Assembly: GCA_964245435.1 (NCBI GenBank)
Contig: CAXTMF010000008.1
Span: 32,772 to 96,771 of the forward strand
Length of the DNA: 64,000 nt
Source: an uncultured Acidobacteriaceae bacterium
GTDB lineage: Bacteria; Acidobacteriota; Terriglobia; Terriglobales; Acidobacteriaceae
Direction of reading: 5' to 3'
Both the position numbers and the translations under genes were made by a program. Shown here piece by piece: positions 57,693 through 64,000 of the stretch; within the stretch, counting starts at the first letter, position 1, and each line of letters opens with the position of its first letter. The notes below the pieces were generated by a model. The model worked only from the letters and a program-made list of their open reading frames with translations, made no database searches and was not told where the DNA came from.

Positions 57693-57749
57693 CGTCCCTC
57701 TCGCACCGCGAATGCCCAGCCGGTATGGCGGCCTTCGCTTACTTCTCAG

Positions 57750-57771
57750 ACTAGTGATTAAAGAATTAGTT
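57750..57771. promoter_or_regulatory. Candidate BlaI-type operator upstream of blaI
   Basis: ACTAGT-N9-ATTAGTT lies 58-79 nt upstream of the blaI ATG. On the minus strand it contains the exact half-site AACTAAT found in the htrA palindrome. The spacing differs, so this is weak. Confidence 0.2.
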
Positions 57772-58099
57772 AGCAAGATTGTTGTAGCGGCATTGGGACC
57801 GAAGCTCTGGAAGTATTGAGGCGGTCCGCAACCCTGAACCACGCAGCAGGGTGAAGTAATCCGGGAGAAGTTTGTGGGCCAGTAATCCTTGCCCTGAAAG
57901 AGTTGCATTGGCTTCTGTCCTACTATCATAACGCGCAACTTAATTTCTCAAGTTATTGCATTCTTAAGCCACCTTACTCCTTTGCTATGTATGCTGAGCT
58001 ACACAGTCAGCCAGCACCGCGGTGCACTGGCACGTCAGCCCGGAGCCGCGAAACCGCTCTCTGGATCCCCTGTACTCGCACGAGGAAAGGCTGGACCGT

Positions 58100-59725
58100 T
58101 TGAGCGTTCACCTGATTAATCCAAGCGACAATGCGTTTGGAACCGCTGTTATTACGCCGCGCTGGCTGTTCGTGCTTGCCGCAGCAACTCCCGAGATAGC
58201 CGGCGACCCCATCCTGGTGGATGAATCACTGGAGCCGCTGGTGCCGGAGACGATCCAGCCGGGCGACATCGTCGGCATCAGCGTGCACACCGGCAACGCT
58301 TTGCGTGGTTACGCGGTCGGCAACCTTGCCCGCGAGCGAGGCGCGTGGGTAGTGTATGGCGGCATTCACGCTACCCTTTTTCCGGAAGAAGTCTTCGAGC
58401 GCGGTGCGGCGCACGTGGTTGTCAAGGGAGATGGCGATGTAGCCTGGGGCAAGGTCGTGCGGGACTGCTTGGCCGGGAACCCGGGCAGGATCTACGAAGG
58501 TGGCCGGATCTCCGGAGAAGAGTTCCTGCCGGCTCGCTGGGACCTGATGCCGCCCGACAAGTACATGTGGGCTTCGGTACAAACGATCCGCGGCTGCCCG
58601 AAACACTGCTCGTTTTGCAGCGTGTGGAGGACCGACGGACAGCAGCCTAGACAGCGGCGGTTTCAGAGTGTGATCGACGAGATCATCGACCTCCGGAGGA
58701 TCGGCTTTCGTTTCATCGCGCTGGCTGACGACAACTTCTACCCTGTCACCCTGACGGACTTACGGCTCGCCCGGGAGCAAAACAATCACAGCAAGCTGGC
58801 CGAGCTGGTCGCCATCCGCGCCGAGCGTTTCCAGTTGATGGAAGAGCTCGCGAAATTGCCCAGGGATATGGTCTTTTTCACCCAGATCACGATGGAGGCG
58901 GCGGAGGATGGCGAATACCTGGACGCAATGCGGCGGGCCAACATAAAGGGGGCGCTGGTAGGTGTCGAGGCTGTGACCCCGGAGGGGCTGAAGGCTGTCT
59001 TCAAGGACTTTAACTACTCAGGCGAGGCGCTTGCCCGGCAGTTACAGATCTTCCGGAAGCACGGGGTGCACGTGCTTGGCTCCTTCATCTTCGGCCTGCC
59101 GACCGACAAGGAAGCGACCTTCACGGCAACTGTCGAAATGGCCCTCAAGTCCGGCGTAACCTTCGCGCAGTTCGTCATGATGACGCCGTTTCCGGGCACG
59201 GTCGATTTCGGGCGCTGGGAGAAGGAGCAGGCGAAAAATCCGACGATGGTCGGCGGGGTGCCAATCACGCGCTACTGGCTGATTCCGCCGGAGATCCGGC
59301 CGAAGATGTTCACGCCGCACCCTTCCATGAGCTCGGACGAGATTCGCGAGCGTACTCAGAAGGTCTGGGACCGCTTCTATGACTGGGGATCCATCTGGCG
59401 TCGCTCTGCCTGCACGCCCACGCTGAAAGCCCGGCTCGCATTTATCTTCCTGTCCAAGCTGTACCGGCAGATGTACGCCAACACCGGCATCTCCACGGAC
59501 AGCGCACGCCGCAAGAAGTCAAAAGTAGCGGCGCGCTGGATGATCCGGCAGACCAGCAAGATCTTCAAGGCCACCCCCATGCCAGAGCTTGCTTCGCCAG
59601 CCTGGGCAAACACCCGAGCAAGCAAACCGGGAATGCCGGCCAGCTACAGTTCAGGCGCTTTGCTTTCAGCTAGCAGCCTCCTGCATCCACAGATACCTCC
59701 TCAAACGAAAACCCCTCTTGCGTAA
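58100..59725 (+). CDS. B12-binding-domain radical SAM protein (with DUF4070-like C-terminus)
   Basis: N-terminal cobalamin-binding-like domain (SVHLINPS...VGISVHTGN) and a radical SAM cluster motif C-x3-C-x2-C (RGCPKHCSFCSVW). I prefer TTG 58100 with GAGGAAAGG 10 nt upstream. The ORF maximum is GTG 58022. Confidence 0.8.
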   Translation: MSVHLINPSDNAFGTAVITPRWLFVLAAATPEIAGDPILVDESLEPLVPETIQPGDIVGISVHTGNALRGYAVGNLARERGAWVVYGGIHATLFPEEVFERGAAHVVVKGDGDVAWGKVVRDCLAGNPGRIYEGGRISGEEFLPARWDLMPPDKYMWASVQTIRGCPKHCSFCSVWRTDGQQPRQRRFQSVIDEIIDLRRIGFRFIALADDNFYPVTLTDLRLAREQNNHSKLAELVAIRAERFQLMEELAKLPRDMVFFTQITMEAAEDGEYLDAMRRANIKGALVGVEAVTPEGLKAVFKDFNYSGEALARQLQIFRKHGVHVLGSFIFGLPTDKEATFTATVEMALKSGVTFAQFVMMTPFPGTVDFGRWEKEQAKNPTMVGGVPITRYWLIPPEIRPKMFTPHPSMSSDEIRERTQKVWDRFYDWGSIWRRSACTPTLKARLAFIFLSKLYRQMYANTGISTDSARRKKSKVAARWMIRQTSKIFKATPMPELASPAWANTRASKPGMPASYSSGALLSASSLLHPQIPPQTKTPLA

Positions 59726-59751
59726 TGTAGAGTGTCTACGACGGAGGATCG

Positions 59752-60156
59752 ATGGCCAACACGCAGAAGCTAATAGCTCAGGCTTACTCCGCCTTCAATC
59801 AGCGAAACGTTGAAGGCGCACTAGTGCTGATGAGCGAGAACGTGAGCTGGCCAAAAGCGTCGGAAGGCGGGCGCGTGGTCGGGAAAGAAGAGATCCGCGC
59901 CTACTGGACTCGTCAGTGGAGTGAGTTCGACCCTTGCGTGGAACCGGTCCAAGTCATCGACCGCGAAGACGGCAAGACTGAAGTCAAGGTTCACCAGCTC
60001 GTGAAGAGTCTCAGCGGTGAAATCCTTTCCGATAGCGTAGTGTGTCACGTTTACATGATCGTGAACGGCCTCATCGAGCGAATGGACCTGAAGGAAAGCG
60101 AAGAAGGTTTGGACTCAGGCCCATCGAGTGGTTTTGCCACCCGATCGCATGGCTGA
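59752..60156 (+). CDS. SnoaL/NTF2-like fold protein
   Basis: 134 aa. The N-terminal pattern AQAYSAFNQRNVEGALVLMSENVSW...GKEEIRAYW is typical of SnoaL-like domains. Confidence 0.65.
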   Translation: MANTQKLIAQAYSAFNQRNVEGALVLMSENVSWPKASEGGRVVGKEEIRAYWTRQWSEFDPCVEPVQVIDREDGKTEVKVHQLVKSLSGEILSDSVVCHVYMIVNGLIERMDLKESEEGLDSGPSSGFATRSHG

Positions 60157-60258
60157 GACTACGGATGATCTGAAACGGTGGTTTGTGCAGCCATGCCTAT
60201 TACCCTAAATAGCTGCCAACGAAAGCTGTGTTCGGACGTTCAACAAACCAGGGCCACT

Positions 60259-60909
60259 ATGCGATGCCTTCTCGTCTTCAGTTTTCTCCTGTGCGCACGC
60301 CTGCATGCGCAAACAGTTGTTCCGCCCGAAGTACGCCTGGAACCGCATGACGGGAAGACCACCTTCCAGATAGGGGAGCCGATTCGGCTCGACTTGGTAC
60401 TCGGCAATCCCACAGGCACCCCGATGACGGCGAACGTGACTGATTACGGCGACAACTCTGACCCGGTCGTGATCACACCGAAAACAGGATGGATTGCCTG
60501 GCAAGGGCAGAGCGGTCATGACTTTGCCATCGAGAGCCAGCTCGGGTCGCAGCCGGTGCGCATCCCGATTCGCGTGGACCAGGTCGCCATCTTCCGCACA
60601 CCAGGACACTATGACGTGCGCGTCACGGAGAACCGCGTGCAGGGCGGGGCGATCACGACCAACTCAGTCGGTTTGGACTTGGAAGCAATGCCTGAAAGCC
60701 GCGAGAAGGAAATCGTGCAAGGTGTCGAGTCTGACCTTGCCAACGCCGGCGTTGGTCGGACGGAGCCCAGATGCGCAAAGCCGCTGTCACCCGGCTGGCG
60801 GCCCTGCAAGGCAATGTTGCACTCAAGGAAAAGGTCAAACTGCTTATCGCAGGGCAGCAGGATTTCCGCAGTGTCGCGATCGAGGCCTGGGCCACAACAC
60901 AAGACCTGA
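60259..60909 (+). CDS. Hypothetical secreted protein, fragment A (signal peptide plus beta-rich domain); the 3' ~140 nt look out of frame
   Basis: MRCLLVFSFLLCARLHAQ signal peptide from ATG 60259. The sequence is protein-like up to about 60768, then becomes an Arg/Ser/Pro/Cys-rich tail that overlaps the next ORF. Confidence 0.5.
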   Translation: MRCLLVFSFLLCARLHAQTVVPPEVRLEPHDGKTTFQIGEPIRLDLVLGNPTGTPMTANVTDYGDNSDPVVITPKTGWIAWQGQSGHDFAIESQLGSQPVRIPIRVDQVAIFRTPGHYDVRVTENRVQGGAITTNSVGLDLEAMPESREKEIVQGVESDLANAGVGRTEPRCAKPLSPGWRPCKAMLHSRKRSNCLSQGSRISAVSRSRPGPQHKT

Positions 60910-61220
60910 AGCACCAACTACAGATGATTGAGGCAGCACGGCATGATCCCCAGATTGCTCCAGCGTACGACATGCCGGACGCGATGGATGAAACCCGGCG
61001 GCTCCTTGCAGGCCTCTCACTGAGCGGATGGCATATGTCCGTGGCTTCGCAAAAGCCTGATGCAGTTGAGCAGCAGCTAGCGCAAGCGCATCAGCAGGAC
61101 ATGGTGGACCTGCTGCACTCGATGTCGCAAAGAACAGGCGAGAACCGCCGTGATGCCGCGTACTACCTCGTCGAGCTTTCAGGATTGCCGGCAGCCGACC
61201 AGGCTCGCGCCCGTGAATAA
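60771..61220 (+). CDS. Hypothetical helical protein, fragment B
   Basis: 149 aa with protein-like helical composition (MRKAAVTRLAALQGNVALKEKVKLLIAG...). It overlaps fragment A by 139 nt in another frame. Confidence 0.45.
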   Translation: MRKAAVTRLAALQGNVALKEKVKLLIAGQQDFRSVAIEAWATTQDLKHQLQMIEAARHDPQIAPAYDMPDAMDETRRLLAGLSLSGWHMSVASQKPDAVEQQLAQAHQQDMVDLLHSMSQRTGENRRDAAYYLVELSGLPAADQARARE

Positions 61221-61749
61221 TGCGATCGAGGAGTTTGCGCAGATGGACGACGTTAGCCAGCATATGATCCTGGAAACGACCCGCCCTCCGGTGCGCGACC
61301 CTAAACTCTTACCCACTCTGCAAGCCATGCTGGATCGCAATCCAGCCGATAAGGACGCGCTTGCCGCCTACCTGGATCTGGATGCTGATGCAGAAGACGC
61401 TATCCCGTATGTTGTGCGTGCAGTGTGTGCACCGGGAGGGCCACCCCTGATCGACACGTTCGACAAGGTGAAGGAAGATCGACTAATACAGGTAGATGCG
61501 TGCCTCCTGCCCCTGTTTCAGGAACAGGCGTCTGCTAGCAGCGCTGTCGGCAACAGGCAGCCGAACTCCGGCAGAACTAACTTCATCTGGAAACAACGTG
61601 TCACTCTGGCCGCCCGATTTGGATCACCCGGTTTATTGTCAGTCATTGAAAGTTCAGGCGCACGGCAGCTCACTGAGAATCCCGGCGATTCGGGCGTCGT
61701 TGGTGCGCTCTTAGCGGCAGAGATGCGGGACAACCCGGTGCCGCGCTAG
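61213..61749 (+). CDS. Hypothetical protein, fragment C
   Basis: GTG 61213 overlaps the fragment B stop (GTGAATAA). An alternative ATG lies at 61243. No motif recognised. Confidence 0.45.
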   Translation: MNNAIEEFAQMDDVSQHMILETTRPPVRDPKLLPTLQAMLDRNPADKDALAAYLDLDADAEDAIPYVVRAVCAPGGPPLIDTFDKVKEDRLIQVDACLLPLFQEQASASSAVGNRQPNSGRTNFIWKQRVTLAARFGSPGLLSVIESSGARQLTENPGDSGVVGALLAAEMRDNPVPR

Positions 61750-61754
61750 GCCGC

Positions 61755-62120
61755 TTGCCGTCCGTGACTTCCTGGTTTGAAACGAACAAGGTCTTTGAGG
61801 CTGCGCGCCAATCATTCCCCTCTGCGATCGAGGCTTGGCTCTGCGACCAGGTACGCACCGCCAGCGACGACGATGCAGGAAAGGCTGCGTACGAGCTTTC
61901 GATAGGCGGAACAGCAAAAGATCGTCCGATTATCGAACAGCGGCTGGCAAGGCTCCGCTCGGAAGCTCGTGACACTTCCGATACCCAATCTTCTAAGGCG
62001 GAAGAAAATCTTGTCTTGGCGTTGTACCACGCCAAAGCGTGGACCCTAACTTCAGAGGAGCGCACGGCAGTGGCACAGGCATGCCTCACGGACAAGTGCC
62101 GGGCTTACGCGAAACAGTAG
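61755..62120 (+). CDS. Hypothetical protein, fragment D
   Basis: 121-aa ORF with only a TTG start, 5 nt after the fragment C stop. Its frame is open from 61677. Confidence 0.4.
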   Translation: MPSVTSWFETNKVFEAARQSFPSAIEAWLCDQVRTASDDDAGKAAYELSIGGTAKDRPIIEQRLARLRSEARDTSDTQSSKAEENLVLALYHAKAWTLTSEERTAVAQACLTDKCRAYAKQ

Positions 62121-62245
62121 AGCTTCGGACTCGAAAAGTTCGACCAAAGATTGACGAGGCATGGGAAGCACAAACGGTCGTTTGTGATGGCTGAATCACC
62201 AGGGAAGCTGCAGTGCAAGAGAGCCATCCGGCGCGATGGAACGCG

Positions 62246-62632
62246 CTACAGCCGTTGCGCCTGCCGCAGAAGCTCAATCTCAGCCTCGGTAAAGACACGG
62301 GAGCGGATCAGAAAGCGCATGCCCTCCGGGCCTTCGAGTGAAAACATGCCGCCGCGCCCAGGGACAACATCTACGGTGAGCTCCGTGTGCTTCCAGTACT
62401 CAAACTGAGGGCGGCTGATGTAAAAGGGTGTGTCTGCTGGGGGTTCGCCTACCGCTCCGAGCAGCACGTCGCTTTCACCGACCAGAAATTCACCCCGCGG
62501 GTAACACATGGGCGAGCTGCCGTCGCAGCAGCCGCCGGACTGGTGGAACATGAGCTCGCCATGTCGGCGACGGAGCTTTGTGATCAGCTCCGCCGCAGCG
62601 GGGGTGCATAGGACTTGTTCCGGATGGCTCAT
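62246..62632 (-). CDS. DUF779-domain protein
   Basis: 128 aa from ATG 62632. ELMFHQSGGCCDGSSPMCYP and the FLIRSRVFT blocks are characteristic of DUF779, which typically follows an aldehyde dehydrogenase gene. Confidence 0.85.
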   Translation of the reverse strand: MSHPEQVLCTPAAAELITKLRRRHGELMFHQSGGCCDGSSPMCYPRGEFLVGESDVLLGAVGEPPADTPFYISRPQFEYWKHTELTVDVVPGRGGMFSLEGPEGMRFLIRSRVFTEAEIELLRQAQRL

Positions 62633-62687
62633 GAGATCGAAGTAAGAACACCGGCGCGGTTCGCAAGCGCTTCGTGGCGCGTCTTCA

Positions 62688-64000
62688 TTAGTAAAACCCC
62701 ATCGCATTCGCGCTGTAGCTGATGAGCTGGTTCTTGGTTTGCTGGTAGTGCTCCAGCATCATCTTGTGATTTTCCCGACCGATACCGGACTGCTTGTAGC
62801 CGCCGAAGGCAGCATGCGCTGGATAAAGATGGTAGCAATTCGTCCAGACGCGGCCCGCCTGGATGCCGCGGCCCATGCGGAAGGCACGATTGATGTCGCG
62901 GGTCCACAGGCCGGCGCCAAGGCCGTAGAGGGTATCGTTCGCGATCTCCAGCGCTTCGTCCTCGTTCTTGAAGGTAGTGACCGAAACAACGGGGCCAAAG
63001 ATCTCCTCCTGGAAGATGCGCATGCGGTTGTGGCCCCGAAAGACGGTCGGCTCAACGTAGTAGCCGCCGGCGAGGTCACCTTCGAGCTCTGCGCGCTTGC
63101 CACCGGTCAGCACCTCAGCGCCTTCCTGCCGGCCGATGTCAAGGTAGGAAAGGATCTTCTCGAGCTGCTCGCTGGAGGCCTGGGCGCCCATCATTGTGCC
63201 CTTGTCCATCGGATTGCCCATGCGAATCGCTTTGACGCGGGCCAGTGCACGCTCCATGAAGCGGTCGTAGATCGACTCCTGAATGAGCGCGCGCGATGGG
63301 CAGGTGCAGACCTCACCCTGATTGAGCGCAAACATGGCAAAGCCTTCGAGAGCCTTGTCGAAGAAAGCGTCGTCCTCCTCGAGGACGTCCGCAAAGAAGA
63401 CGTTTGGGCTCTTGCCGCCGAGCTCGAGCGTGACCGGGATGATGTTCTGCGAGGCATACTGCATGATGAGCCGGCCAGTCGTCGTTTCACCGGTGAAGGC
63501 GACCTTCTGGATGCGCGGGCTGGATGCGAGCGGCTTGCCTGCTTCCAGACCGAAACCGTTGACGATGTTGAGCACGCCGGCCGGCAGAATATCTTCGATC
63601 AACTCCATGAGCACGAGGATGGAGAGGGGGGTCTGCTCGGCGGGCTTGAGCACGACGGCATTGCCGGCAGCGAGCGCGGGAGCGAGCTTCCAGGCAGCCA
63701 TCAGCAGCGGAAAGTTCCACGGGATGATGAGACCGATGACGCCGAGCGCCTCGTGGTAGTGGTAGGCGACGGTGGTTTCGTCAAGCTGCGAGATGCCGCC
63801 TTCCTGCGCGCGAATGACGCCCGCGAAATAGCGGAAGTGGTCGATGGCGAGCGGTAGATCGGCGGCCATGGTCTCGCGAATCGCCTTGCCGTTGTCCCAG
63901 CTCTCGACGGTCGCAAGCATCTCAAGGTTCTCTTCCATGCGATCGGCGATGCGGTTGAGCATGCGGCTGCGCTCGGCTATAGAAGTACGGCCCCAGGCAG
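62688..64000 (-). CDS. NAD(P)-dependent aldehyde dehydrogenase (partial; the N-terminus lies beyond the right edge)
   Basis: ALDH blocks [23 protein letters not shown] and GEVCTCPSR (catalytic Cys). The reading frame stays open upstream of Met 63962 (...[22 protein letters not shown]). Confidence 0.9.
   Translation of the reverse strand, partial: AWGRTSIAERSRMLNRIADRMEENLEMLATVESWDNGKAIRETMAADLPLAIDHFRYFAGVIRAQEGGISQLDETTVAYHYHEALGVIGLIIPWNFPLLMAAWKLAPALAAGNAVVLKPAEQTPLSILVLMELIEDILPAGVLNIVNGFGLEAGKPLASSPRIQKVAFTGETTTGRLIMQYASQNIIPVTLELGGKSPNVFFADVLEEDDAFFDKALEGFAMFALNQGEVCTCPSRALIQESIYDRFMERALARVKAIRMGNPMDKGTMMGAQASSEQLEKILSYLDIGRQEGAEVLTGGKRAELEGDLAGGYYVEPTVFRGHNRMRIFQEEIFGPVVSVTTFKNEDEALEIANDTLYGLGAGLWTRDINRAFRMGRGIQAGRVWTNCYHLYPAHAAFGGYKQSGIGRENHKMMLEHYQQTKNQLISYSANAMGFY

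Noticed and set aside
57849-57893. Cobalamin-riboswitch-like segments upstream of the B12-radical-SAM gene
   Set aside because: Only partial resemblance exists (GGTGAAGTAATCCGGGAG, and a B12-box-like GGCCAGTAATCCTTGCC with an extra base). The GGGAA and CCCGC-ACTG core elements were not seen. I kept it only as a note inside the long-spacer finding.
62739-63857. 372-aa ORF on the plus strand
   Set aside because: It is antisense to the aldehyde dehydrogenase gene. The same reasoning applies to 31181-32323 (antisense to lon), 41380-42558 (tamB), 53753-54565 (ssb/htrA ends), 4945-5667 (prolyl oligopeptidase) and 28753-29532 (smc).
1-64000. CRISPR arrays, rRNA/tRNA genes, tandem repeats and IS elements
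   Set aside because: Scanning the intergenic regions by eye showed no regularly spaced repeats, no cloverleaf-sized conserved tRNA segments and no transposase-like ORFs. tRNAscan, Infernal and a repeat finder would be needed to exclude small elements formally.

Overview
Dense, GC-rich chromosomal segment with about 55 protein genes. I found no rRNA, tRNA, CRISPR array, transposase or integrase. The gene content suggests a soil-type Acidobacteriota-like diderm, by inference only: Omp85/BamA plus TamB alongside HemQ-type heme synthesis, Ino1, several ECF/ZAS and BlaI/M56 modules, and Pro/Thr/Gln-rich linkers behind signal peptides. Most genes are housekeeping: smc, lon, ssb, nth, pheA, aroK, ctaB, slt, htrA, a prolyl oligopeptidase and an ABC-2 exporter. 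The stand-out is a tight six-gene minus-strand operon at 14229-20653. It encodes a microbial rhodopsin followed by crtI-crtB-crtY-blh-crtE, that is, the apoprotein plus every step to retinal. The opsin is bacteriorhodopsin-like but has a DTS helix-C motif and a His at the BR-Thr46 position, which fits the donor-less proton-pump type. Other points: a bamA-surA_N-tamB-BON gene string; a blaI-M56-htrA module with an AT-rich palindrome written in rare codons; a ctaB-ABC-DUF420 cluster; signs of gene decay (a beta-carbonic-anhydrase remnant, a frameshifted MFS gene, and a ~1.9-kb secreted-protein gene split over four alternating frames); and a 407-nt AT-rich spacer before a B12-radical-SAM gene. 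All product calls rest on motif recognition by eye, with no database search, so family names are best guesses and start codons are approximate.
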